A stretch of 64,000 bases of DNA from Azolla caroliniana (Eukaryota; Plantae; Polypodiophyta). The position numbers and the translations under genes were made by a program. Location: the NCBI GenBank assembly GCA_043228905.1, contig JBHGNT010000009.1:3534001-3598000 (forward strand), given 5' to 3'. Each line of letters starts with the position of its first letter. Positions within the stretch are counted from its first letter, which is position 1. Shown here piece by piece: positions 49,400 through 62,276 of the stretch. The notes under the pieces are model-generated. The model had not been told where the DNA came from, ran no database searches, and was given only the letters and a program-made list of their open reading frames with translations.

Positions 49400-50560
49400 A
49401 CAAAATCATATCCCATATCTCAACCGTGACGTAATCCAGAGTATCTCACAAAGAGGAAAATTATCACCATCTTTGACCTCAAATCAACATGTGTAACTTG
49501 TGCATGCACCCTGTTGTCTTGATGTCAAATAACAAGGTAAAGAAACTTGCCAAAGTTGAGAAATGTAACCCTAAGTCTTATGAGCAATGGGACATTGTAT
49601 GAAACGATGAGTATTGTCTTTCCACTTGATCGATGCACAAGAAATAACTGGAAGTTATTAATCCACTTCTCTTTAGAGCTAATCCCATAGATAAACCTCC
49701 AATTAATGCTCTCCAAATGAAGATATTGGCTAGAAATGACAAATTAGAATGTCAACTATCCATATAGTTGGTTTTGACCACCATCCATATAGTTAAAAGC
49801 CATCCCAATGGTCCAAAGCACCCAAAACCTTGCCCAATCATAAGGAGGAGGCATTGCTTGATAGGTCACTTGAAATCATTTCAAATAACCTTCTCTATAC
49901 CAAAACCCTTTGCTTAACCGCAAGAAGATCAAACCTCCATATACCTGTAAGCTTGCATTTTCACAATCTTGAAAGCACAAAAAATATCAAAACTCTAACA
50001 TGTCATGTCATTGAATTGTTATAAATGACTTCATTTATGACATTGTCAATGGACTTTAGTACCATCTTTGATTGGCTCAAAACTCTAACATTTCATGTCA
50101 TTGAACGGTTATAAATTACTTCATTTATGACATCGTCAATGGACTTTAGTACCATCTTCGATACAAAAAGCTTTGGAAATATAGCATGCAATGTAAACTC
50201 TTAAAACTCAAAGAGTTCTCTAATTAGGAGTTTCTTCCTTGTCATTTACACATTACAATACTTCTAAATTTTTAGAATATTTCAACCAAATGTACATCCT
50301 TTGATATGTCCATAAAAACACTACATTCCAATTCTCTCTCTCACTTGATTTGATAAGCCATGAGACCTTTGAGCCACAACTTTCGAACGAATTCAATTTT
50401 GCAATGTATCTTTCCAAACACAATGAAGCCAAAGGCCTTGATTTTACCTCAATGGAGTCTCCAGATGTACATGACAAAAGCCAATGGATAACATGTCCGA
50501 AGTGTCCAATTGACAGTTGCACTTCAAAAGTTTATTGAAGGATATGGAACATCGAACATG
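49400..50560 (-). mobile_element. Possible very degenerate LINE RT remnant with an internal ~90-bp tandem duplication (about 49989-50160)
   Basis: Only weak RT-like peptide fragments. The duplication AAAACTCTAACAT...GGACTTTAGTACCATCTT is seen directly. Confidence 0.3.
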
Positions 50561-52276
50561 AAGATAATCAAAGGATTGTGACGATGGATATTATTTATCT
50601 CTCTGAAATCAATAGGACAAAAGTGGACATAATTATCTATCTTAAGAGAATTGTTGCTAGCTTGAGTGTCTTGATGCTAATGGCCATCAAACATTCCATA
50701 ACATAAGAGCTCATCTATAATAAGCACATGCTCTACACAAGCACAACATATGAAAACAAGATGAAACATGAGAAAAAGGCATTGCTGGACTCAAGAAATA
50801 TACACATTGCAAGCAACACAATTATTTTAAAAAACTCCTAAGAGGAGGTGACTTTTCAAATTTTCTAGGCTACAACAAAATTATAGACCTATGGATGGTC
50901 ATACTTAAGACTTGGGCAAGATTCAAACTCATCAGTTAACTTTGACCTACAAATGCAATGTCTACAAGGTAGGCTTTCACATTGAATGGTGATCGTGTCA
51001 AATATATTTGAAACAATTTGCTATCAGCCATTCAAAGAGAAACTCATGCCTGCTAATGACAATCAGATTAGGTGCAAAAGCATGGTGATATTCTGCAAAA
51101 ACACACAGATGTACGAACATGGCATATGCATTCAACGCAAACTTCTTCGGCCAAAACTGTGGAATAAAAAGAACAGGGAATAGTAGTACAAGGCAATATC
51201 AATCAAAAAATTTGGGGCAATTATGACAAACATCAACCTAAGATGTTGTGATACTTTTGCTTCTGACAAAAAGCGAAACATACAATGACATTGGGCATTT
51301 TGTTCTCTTACTTCAGTCAAAAACATTTGAAATGACCCGTAAAAGATGGGGGCAAGAAATATGATGAGATTTTAGTGGTGGGGCAGCAGCCTGTTTGCTT
51401 GCCATTATGTAGTTCATCTAAATCTACTGTGCATTCACATGACAGAAAACATTCAATGCTTTATCGTTAACAAGAGATTACTTGGAAAACAAGATGTAAT
51501 GGCACTTCATGTTTGCAAATATAATGAGATTTTACAATAAATTTGATTGCATAAAATATCCCGCCCACATAACAATGCTTTGTTTTTCTCATTGTCTGCA
51601 TTAAAAAGACCTCACTAAACTAATCACGCCGCTTTCTTTTGACTGTACATGCTATATAAGATCAAAACCTTTTCGATACCATATTCATTCCTTGTATTCC
51701 ATTTATATACACAGACAGATTCTCCTGCAACTTCTCTTTGATAACTGCAATATTAATGTTAAGTGTGCAGAGAAACCGTCCACTAGTAGCACAACTCACC
51801 GCTGTTGATTCCTCTGGATGTCGGAGGTTGGACCAACAACAGAGTGAGGCCCTCTGGCCTGAGGTTTTAGAAGCAAGTACCCCAAGTTCACAAAAAGTTC
51901 CTTTTTGATTTGGTTATTTATGCTTTTGTTGATTGCTTTCAAAAAGGTCATCTGCACGGAACGACTAGCAGATATACTGCAGGAAACATGAAACAAGTTA
52001 CTGATCATGGAAGGGAGAGAGAAATCAATATTTTCTTAAAAGAGAGCAAAAAGTACAGGCTAAAAAGAAAAAATTATCTGCAGCTATCAACAGGACGTAG
52101 GGCATCCATCAGAGTATACTGGACAACCACAACTCTGGATTTTTTACTAGAGTAAAATATAGTGGTGAGACATCACCCCCAACCCCAAACACAAACACAT
52201 TTGTTGCAAGTTCGATCCTCACCATGGGCTAGTCCCCATCTCATAGATCACAATCGGTTTCCCGTGGAAGTTAAAA

Positions 52277-52279
<3 letters not shown>

Positions 52280-52356
<77 letters not shown>
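52280..52356. repeat. (CT)n microsatellite
   Basis: Visible directly. Confidence 0.95.
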
Positions 52357-52359
<3 letters not shown>

Positions 52360-52479
52360 ATGGGAATTAGATAAACTTAAAATATCTTGGACAAAAGCCC
52401 TGATAAAACTTTCAGGAACAATCCAAACTTCCAAAATAATACTACACTACATGCAGAGATAGGACTTTACTACCTTGCT

Positions 52480-55400
52480 TTATTGCTTTATAGATGAAAT
52501 GTGATCTGTAAGAAGGTGATTAAGCATGTCCATTTGCTGTTGGTGTCGCTTTTTTGTTTGCCTAACAACACACCTTCCCAAATTGTGTGCAACTTCCCTG
52601 TAACCTCCATTCCACATAATCTGCAAAAGGACACACATAATGAAACTTAAACTCTTTAATTGATGATTCATCTTGAGATATATTTTCCAACTAGAAAAGT
52701 GTCATTAACTGCCTATGTACAAATGTATATAGTATGATACTGACGCTAAAAAAAGAAAAGGTTAAAATTTAAAATCAGAAATCCTCCCAAAAGAAAGAAA
52801 GACAAAACATACCGCATGATGCAGATCCCATCTTCGAGCTCGACAAACTAGAGTCTGCTGCGGCATTGCCCTTAAACGGGTCTTTGCTGGTGGCTTCTCT
52901 ACTGTAACTTGCCTTGTAACAAGGTTTTCAAAATAAATAATGCCTGGAAATATAAACACACAATATTTTCTGTCAGATGTTCTAAACCCTTCAGCTGTAA
53001 AATCCTAACTCGCATGAGCTGAATCAATGTCCAATTATTATCTTCAATGGTTATAATTGAGTGTATAAATTTATTCTCTAAAGATGCGAAGAACAAGTAT
53101 AATAATTCCTTACCTGTTTCATTGTGAACCTGCTTCCTCCAGTTCTCCAACAGAAAACATTCAATTTCAAAATCCAGCTTTTCTAAATCGTCCCTATTTA
53201 ATGAAGCGGTCAAATACTGTTTACATTGTAATTGATAAACAAACAATCCTATTGCCCATTGAGGATGAGACTGTATTTATTAATGAAATATTTTCACACT
53301 CCAATGAGCATTATATGAGCAAGTCACTAGATATAGCCATTCAATGTAAAAAATCTTGGATGCTTTATTGGGAAGTAAAGCAAGAATACATGATAAAAAA
53401 ATACATGCAAACATTCTGCAGATGGACAGTCAATGTCCTACTTGCAGTACGGTTCCTTATTGGACCTTCTTCTTGATATATTTCCTACATACTCATAACG
53501 CTAGTGATACTGAGTCAATGTAATATAGATATAAAAAACATACCAAAATCCATTCGGACGACGAGTCGTTCTCAAACCTAATACATGAGCTACATACAAG
53601 AATCCACCTGCAGCCTGAAATTTGTAGAAGTAAATGTTACTTAAAACAAATGGTTTTGCATATAAACCAGCAAAATACACTGCAAAAACAGAGCAGTTCT
53701 AGATATCAGATACTTATTTTTGCACATATTTAACATTTATCAGCACAAATCCAGCATGTTAATTAAGCTATTTGCATAATATATGATCCTCTTGAGCAGG
53801 AGACTTTCAGACCAATGTTTCTACACATCTGTTTGTGGAATTAAAAATCTGTATACATAAAAATTATACCATGTATCCATAAGTCGCACGAAATGTGCCC
53901 ATGCTAGTATGTTAATTTAACTAAGAGTACATGAATGAACATTACATGGATAAAAAATGCTAGGAACTCACTCGGATCTTCCGGACAAGGTCAGACCTTC
54001 CAGCTTCTAATAACTGCTCACGAGTTGGCATATAGGAATTTACCAGTTGTTGCAGATCTAGGTTTCCATTAGCCTTTATCTTTTTGTTTCCTGGAGTGAA
54101 GAATTAAACCATGTGAAGATCATATTACAAAGTATTCATGAAATTTCAGCGAAGTCATTGATTTCAACATGTGTGTGATACAGAATAAGCAATGCCTCAC
54201 CACAAAATCTCTCCTGTAGTAAATGTGAATATCGTTTGCAAAACAATTGTAATTCTGGCTGCAGTCTCTGAATAGCTTGAGGTCTTGTTGCGAGCTCCAA
54301 AAGCCCAGCAGGAGGCTGAAATAAAACAAAATCAATCAATAACAAATTTTGAAGGAAAAACTTAGTGTAGTTGACGGCAAAGCAATTAGACAAATGTTAA
54401 TTCATTTATTGATAGATGAGACTACTGGACTCCCACTCAGAGACTGTCAAGCAAATATTCACTGATCACATTCAGCATAACACTTGCCAAACTCACAAAA
54501 TCTAGATGTCAAAGAGAGAACAATAGCAACAACATTAACACCAAACACATTTATGGAAGTTTGCACAGAGAGAAACCATGGGGCGAACCAAGGCAAAGTA
54601 AATGGTATTCAGACTTCAATAACCCTCCATTGGAGTCTGACTCTCTCCAGCTACAGCTCCATTACTTGGATATTTGGCACATTTGTGAGGCCAATATTTC
54701 GTAATGCCATTAGGATTTCTCTCATTTTCTGACTGTCAAACCACTTGTCTCCTCATGCTGAGTGGAGGATGAGATCCTCACCTCCAGCTTTGGATAGGAT
54801 TTCAACCTCTCAAAGCACCTAATGTTTGTGCCCATAAAAATTTATCCTCTCCTGACCATATCCTTTGAATACTCCCCCAGTGCAAAGTCGCAATTTTGAG
54901 AGGGGCAGTATTACGTAAATGATAAATAGATACATGGATATAAAATTTGAGCTCTTTGAGGTAAAACAATGTTCATTAGATTCCTTTGAATACTCCCCCA
55001 GTGCAAAGTCACAATTTTGAGAGGGGCAGTATTACATAAATGATAAATAGATACATGAATATAAAATTTGAGTTCTTTGAGGTAAAACAATGTTCCGAAT
55101 AAGAAGACACGACATTATTTCAACAAGAAGGCTAATGGATATTAGGATAAGTTAACATAGGGAACACAATCCTGAGCACCTTGAAGGGTGTCTGTGTTCC
55201 TACATAACAAAGAGCAGAGCTGAAGTTATGACAGTCCACCTCAGTGTTTCTACAGAATAAGGTAATTCACGATAAGTATAACAATTTTTTAGACAGGCAT
55301 AATGACTTAAATGTCAACACAATTCTCCACCAAGAAGGGTAAGCACATATGTAAGTACATTATTTCACACAGTTTTTACTACAAAGTAGTAACCCCACTT

Positions 55401-57054
55401 CTCAGGAAAAAGTCATATATGAGATGATATGTTGATTTGGTCAGGTCAAAATTGGCCTCCTTGTGGACAATAAAAATAAATTCTATTCTATTCTACATGG
55501 GCGTCAGTGGTTAATGAAATATGGATACAATAACCATAGACATGGACAAATCAATAGAAGATGGGATATCATAACCAGAGACCAGTTCTAGACTCTGTGA
55601 AAGGGCGACATGAACAACAGATGAATGACTTGAAAGAAATCCTACTGAAGAGGATGATGATCCAATGAAAGAACTATGCTCGCAGCAGAACGGAAACTTT
55701 ATTCATCAATAATCTAAAAGCTTACCTTAACTAAGAGACGTCTTTTCTTCACATCAATGTTTTTAATGAACTCGTCTACTATAGGAATGAGGATCTTTAT
55801 TCCAGGCATTTGCTTTCCACCACTACCAATGGTTACACGATGCTGAAGCACCGAATTCAACTTTGCTCCTTCCAAGGATTCAGATGCACCTTCAGTGGTT
55901 GCTGAACCGACTACCTTTAAAATGTACTCATAGGGAATATCTATGTCAATATCTTCATCTATTTTTCCAATGTGAATGATTTCATCCACATTTCCAACAA
56001 CTTTTCCATCAACCTCTACACTCCATCCAAACACATAAAGGTGTCTCAATGCAATATCTCTTGCCATGTATGTTTTTCCATCCTTACATTGCAAGCGTTG
56101 TCCTGCACAAGTCCAATCACAGAGAGATTCTCTATAAGCATGATTTGGAAATAGCACGAATATATAATCTCCTGATTAAAAATGGTTTTCTTTTCCTTAA
56201 TAATATTAAACAACGGCAATTCCAGAGGACTCTTATCTTAGTTTAATAGGGCTATTTTGGAAAACGTTATCAAATTGTAATATGAATATTGCCTTTACTT
56301 TAGTGTTAACTCTTAACATTATAAATCACGTCAATTTCTGTATACATGTCAAATAATATACTTGACTTTTGTATTGAAACTCTTTTCACATCCAGAGGAC
56401 ATGAATTGTGGTAAAGGACAGACAATCGTCCATCAAAAGAACAAACCTTTAACATAGAACCCATAATAGAACATGGCAGTAACATAACAGAGAGAATAGC
56501 CGAGTCAAGGAGTGAACTCACCAGGAATCCCACTGATATTCCACGTCTTAGACTGGGAGGTCATCCCTCCAACTATACCTCCAAGAGCTTCCGAATCTTG
56601 CACTGAAACCAAGTATTTTCATTATCTCAGGAAAAATGATAATCCACTCCGTCCTTTCAACAAAAAATTGTGGTAGAATTTTCATCCAATAACAACAAAT
56701 TTCCCCCATAAAACCAGTTGAGAAAAACACAAACTGAACCCAAACCCACTGAAAAGAATGCAAATTTAAAGAGAGAAAGTGTTAAAAAATGTATTGCCGT
56801 ATGAATGTTGGAGGGCATGATAGACTGATAAACAACGATGGCCATAGCTCCGAGAAGATGGTGAACATGAGTATAGGGGTAAGGTCTCCATCGACGTAAG
56901 GCTTTGGGCAGCAGAACAGAACGACAGTGTGGTCCATGAAGATCTATGAGAGCATTAATATGGATGAGTTTCATGTGTATTGTGGGTAGAATAAAACGAG
57001 AAATGAATAAAACTTGGAAGGAAAAAGCACTCGCCTGCAGAGCATGGTCTCCAT
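52480..57054 (-). CDS. Putative plastid protein: RimM C-terminal (PRC-barrel)-like domain fused to two 'MP..L..GR.DL..I..GG...VA..LG' helical repeats
   Basis: Phase-consistent exons 56602-56522, 56102-55726, 54315-54201, 54090-53972, 53614-53544, 53193-53114, 52943-52813 and 52620-52480. Tentative 5' exons 57054-57035 and 56943-56798 require GC donors. Peptide G.VVG.VDEI...ILIPIVDEFIKNIDV...LLVKPPAGLLEL matches the RimM C-terminus. Confidence 0.7.
54862..55095. repeat. About 120-bp tandem duplication in an intron
   Basis: TCCTTTGAATACTCCCCCAGTGC...GGTAAAACAATGTTC occurs twice. Confidence 0.88.
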
Positions 57055-57229
57055 GAGGGGCAATTAAGTACAATTAAGGAAGATAGATAGCCTCTGCTCT
57101 TAAGTACAATTAAATCTATCACCCACCTAATGGCTATCTTCTGACACCCTTCTCCTCCTCTTCCTCCTCCTCATCCAAAACTCTGATATGATATGATTTT
57201 GGAGGGTTTTGTGTCTGTCTGTGTATGTA

Positions 57230-57269
<40 letters not shown>

Positions 57270-57559
57270 GTGGATTTATCCGGATTTTGTTCCCCTGTTT
57301 TTCTTCTTTGGAAGATTCAAAAATAACATATTTATGGAAATGCCCTCCCCCCCCCCCTGTTTTTCTTGTTTGGAAGATACAAATTAATTAGCGTATTTAT
57401 GGAAATGCCCCTGCCCCTCTTCACCTCCAACCAAGCATCTGTAGTGCCTTTCATACATATCTTCTTATTTATTAGCTTGCCCTCGTGTTAAGTTGGTAAT
57501 CTCCGATCTCGGCTCTCTCTTTCTCTCTCTCCATTGACTTCCTAGAATTGCATGGCAAG

Positions 57560-58235
57560 CAAGCAGAAAGATCCAGAAGACGCATAAAAGCAAATTTTTG
57601 TGTTCCAGTTGGATGCAAGATATAGAAAAAATGGTTTGGTAGATGGGGCGCGAGACACTTGCTTCATGATGCATCACTAGATTCCTCTGTAAATGAGGCC
57701 TTTTTGCAACGCCAATGTATCATGACATGGGACAAATTTGGAGGCTCACGCGTCACACATTATACTACACATGTTGCACCTAACTACAAAACCATATTCT
57801 TTGCAGAACGGGGGAACCATACACATCGATACATGTCAAAGCCCATACAGTTATCTGCCATTCGAACCATTGCTTCCATGCGACTTAGCTCACATGCATT
57901 GCGATGTGAGACAGGGCATTGGGGCACAAGTGATGAGACTGGTCAGCTATGCACACTTTGCCCTAAACAAGTTCGTGAGTCTAAGTATCACACTTTGATA
58001 CAATGCTCTACCTTTGATCATGCTTTCCACATCTCTTCGACCGAGCCCAATCCTTGCATGAATTCCTCTCACAACCACAATGTGCACTCTTGATTGCAAC
58101 ATTCATTGGTAAAGTTCTTGAACATCGAGAGTAACTACTCACTTTTCACACATACACGTGAAATATAATATCTTTGGTCTCATAGGTCATATTTGATCTC
58201 CGAAGACGATAATATAATCTATCTATCTATCTCTG
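57560..58235 (+). mobile_element. 5'-truncated non-LTR retrotransposon (LINE 3' end) with (ATCT)n tail
   Basis: Peptide IASMRLSSHALRCETGHW...LCTLC...E...HTLIQC is the C-terminal Cys/His region of LINE ORF2. Microsatellite tail at about 58216. Second copy at about 61590-62100. Confidence 0.75.
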
Positions 58236-58356
58236 TCTATTATTATGTACTCCATAGATATATCTTAATTTACTAGATGTCATTGTGGAATGCAAGGGTT
58301 TAACCCACCAACTGCGATTCATCCCTATTCCTCTCTCTTCTTCTTTTTTATCATAA

Positions 58357-58425
58357 TTAGCTTACCCTAGTGGTAAGTCGATAACACTACAAGCACTGTG
58401 TCTTGGGTTTGAAACCCAATTTCCT
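58357..58425 (+). repeat. tRNA-derived SINE-head-like repeat related to 8268-8330
   Basis: TTAGCTTACCCTAGTGGTAAG...TGTCTTGGGTTTGAAACCCAATTT vs TTAGCTCACCCTAGTGGTAAG...TGTCTTGGGTTCGACTCCCAATTT. Confidence 0.6.
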
Positions 58426-58476
58426 TGCCTCTTTATTATATACTTCATATATCTCTCTATTTCACTAGATGCCAAT

Positions 58477-58542
58477 GTGGAATGTAAGGATTGAACCCAT
58501 GACTACCTGGTCTCCATTGGGCAACCTTACCAACTGAGCTAC
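58477..58542 (-). repeat. tRNA-like (SINE head or pseudo-tRNA) sequence
   Basis: Minus strand reads GTAGCTCAGTTGGTAAG...GGGTTCAATCC (A and B boxes). Stems are degenerate. Confidence 0.55.
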
Positions 58543-60342
58543 ATCCATCTTGACCTCAATTAAATTCTCTCCACATCATTGCAGAATTGATATAATAAAC
58601 AATAAATAAGCTTTGCTTTTAGCTCTCGAGCACCTCATTTTATGCTTCCTTTGTTAGCTAATCATCTCTAGCTCCTTGTCTAATTTCTTTTATGATCATG
58701 AACTGGATGAATTTTGATTTGTAACTAACAAGAAATTTAGTTTGTCTCATGGATGTTGTTTCCTATTTCCTAAAAACAACTATGGTCTCACCTTCAACCC
58801 TCAAAGAGCTCTAATGTGTACAACAACATGATCACCTTTACGAATTCCACATAATCTTTCTAACCATTGTTCAATTGGTGAAGCCAATAAACTTGGGGAT
58901 GCATGTGCATATTTCTTTATAATTTCAAAGATAACGGACTTCCCATTTCACAACATAATGGATTTGGTGCACAATGTCAACATCAATTGGTACCCACACT
59001 TTGCCTTTATTCACCATATTTGATGGTCATGCACACCAAATGGCTTGTCTTAACTCATCAATCACTAGATGGTACCCATGTTCACATGACATGGTTCTCA
59101 ATCCATTATGTTTGCATGTTTTTCCACTATACTTCAATGAATTCAAGAATTAAAATTAACTTGTATTTTGTTGGAATAAATAAATAAAATAAACTTGATA
59201 TTTGCATAAAATTCTCCAAATGCACAACATTTTGAGGGAAGAATGAATGAAAGGCTTTGAAAAATTGTACTCTATATAAACTACTTTTGGATGGCAAATT
59301 GTGAAGTTTTGCAATAAACAATGTCCTAACTAGTCCATTGGGTTAGGCCAAAAGTGGTGTCGCGTTATTAAGGAATGTTACCAAATAAATACAATGTACT
59401 AAAATATATTTTGACACTTTTAAAGAAAGAAACAAGATCATTGGATAGAGATTGCTTTTATACTACTAGAAAAGCTAGAATGAGAGATATTCTTAATAAC
59501 ATTTTGCAGCCATTGTATTTATACATGGAAAGTTTCAATTAGTTATTGCCTATAGATCTAGAAGCTTGACTTAAGTTTTTAAATCATGGCATGGTGGTGA
59601 ATAGCAAAGTTATGCTTTATGGCCTGAAAGTTATGGGTTGTAGTCTTGTTTGGTGTTGCATTCAATATAAAAGTTCTCCATGACTTTACTTTGAAACCAT
59701 GCAATTTGCAATCTATTCCAATTCAGTACCAATATGCCTCCACATTGTTGCTTGTTGGCTAAAGCAAGAACTAGTACACAAACTTTCAGTCACTTGTGGT
59801 ATAACAAAAAATTGTTTGCTTCTATAAATATCGTTTAACAAAGCACTTTCCACAAACTCAAGAGTTGAAGTCCACACTACAAAATGAACTTTTGCAAAAT
59901 TAATTTAATTTTGTTAAGACTAACAATATTGTTATTGGCAACCACAAGTTTCAATTAGTTTTTTTTTATAATATTCTCTTCTCATCCATCATCTTCGCAA
60001 AGAACTACTAGAACAAGGATTGAACACAAGGGTAAAATGTGAGTTCTAGTTTCTCATCTACATGTGTAGGCTGATGGTATAAGACATGTCCTTTTCTTAT
60101 ACCATGACATGCAGATGAGGATTATACTTATAGTTATAGGAAGATCTTTTGTAGTGGAAATCAAGTTACTGAAAAATGCTTCTACATGTTTCTTTTGGAT
60201 AAACCTTTCCAATAGTGAAAGCATTGCCAAAAAGACAAAGAGAACTCACAGATGGAGTTTATATCACTTCTCTGGTGGTGAGCAAGGTTCTTCCTTGCAA
60301 GCATAATATCAAGATTTCCATTCATTCACAATGACACACACC

Positions 60343-62205
60343 TTAAATTAAGAAATCTCGGTTGACTGAAAGTTCATCACGCAATCTTCTTATGAATTCT
60401 TCACCCCTCAACTCTCCTGAACCTTGCCAAACTTCATGCCTAACATACAAAGCACTCGCTCCAGCCATCTTCATATCTAGTGCTTCTTCTATAGACATTA
60501 TACCCTGAAACTCAACAGATAAAATGAGAACTCTATCCATCATATGAGCTCCAATATATCTATTTTGTTTTCAAACACTCCATACCACAATAGCTTCAAC
60601 ATCATTTGGAATCTCTTTAAGTAGAGATCTGGCCACATCTTGCCTAAAACCTGGTAGAGATAGCTGCAATATAATGCTTGAAGAGTCAGGGGAGTAAAAA
60701 ACACCAATACACAAGCTGTAATATATTAAGTCTCATAACTAAAAGATTACCGATAATTTGACAGATAAATTTATCCCATAGACCAAAACTCCCATCTTCG
60801 ACACTGCTTCCAGCTCCTTAAGGTTCACAATCTGCCACACATTCAACTTTAATTTTTTTTAAAAGGCACTTGCAAAGTATTACAAGTAAAAAATCAACAC
60901 CAGGATCTAGCGAAATTAAGGGTTTGGGCTGTGAAATTTATCATCCTCAGTACATAAAGCATATATATTGACACTATAATTATATTACAGTCACAAAAAG
61001 AATATCAAGGCACACACCTCAACAATTGGGTCCAACCCCAAAGACATGGCATAGCTAAGTATCCCTGGTAAACCTGTACCCTTCCATAAAAAAGGTTATT
61101 GCCCACTATTGATAAATGTAAACTTTAAACATGAATCTAAGTTAGTACCATTTTGGAGCACTGCGTATATGGTAGTTAGAGCAGCTGCCCCAGCCTCCCT
61201 TGTCTCAGCAACCTGTACCACTGGTGGATATAAGCAACCCATTCTGCAGTAGAGCAATCTGAATACATATTGGAGAAGAAAGACACCTGTAATGGATGGA
61301 GAATCCAATCGGCTCGAACAACCGGTATTTGAAAAGCTGCATGGTTCACTTGACCTCAATGAATAGAGATAGTGACTATCATGCAGATAGGCAAAAAGCA
61401 TATTCAAAATTTTGGAGGATGAATGCATATGCAATAAATGTGCAACAAAATAACAGATTCAATGCCTAATACAATACAGAGTTGTACTGAAACTAAAATA
61501 TATGCAATAGTTGATGCATCCACAGATTTTGAAATAGACTACATCATTGATGGTCGTACAAACATAGAGGTATGCAACACACTTGCTTCATATTGCATCA
61601 ATAGATTCCTCTGTGAATGAGGCCATTTGCAATGCCAATGTATCATGACATGGAAAAAATGTGGAGGTTCTCGCTTCACACATTATACTATATACGTTGC
61701 ACCTAACTACAAAACCGTATTCTCTTCCGCACGGGGAAACTGCACAAATCACTACATGTTCCCATCCTGTTGTTTGAACCATTGCTTCAATGTGAGATAG
61801 GACATTGGGGCACAAGTGATGAGAATAGTCAATTATGCACACTTTCCTCTAAACAAGTTCAAGAGTCTAAGCATCATACTTTAATACAATGCTTTGCCTT
61901 GATCACATTGAACTATGCTTTCCACACATCTTTGGTCAAACCCAATCCTTGCATGAATTTCTATCACAATGTGCACTTTGGATTGCAACATTAGTAAAGT
62001 TCTTGAACATCGAGAGTTGTTACTATTTCCACATGTAGAACATGAAAATGTTATATATTTGGTCTCATAGGTTATATTTGAACTCCGACGACAATAATAA
62101 AAGTTATCTGTATATCTCTCTCTCTCTCACACACACACATATGTAATACGTGAAAATGTTATATTTTGGTCTCATAAGATATATTTGAACTCTGAAGACA
62201 ATAAT

Positions 62206-62276
<71 letters not shown>

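Noticed and set aside
61287-61336. Suspected frameshift in IGPS-like exon 3
   Set aside because: On re-reading, the exon translates in frame (AFQIPVVRADWILHPLQ).
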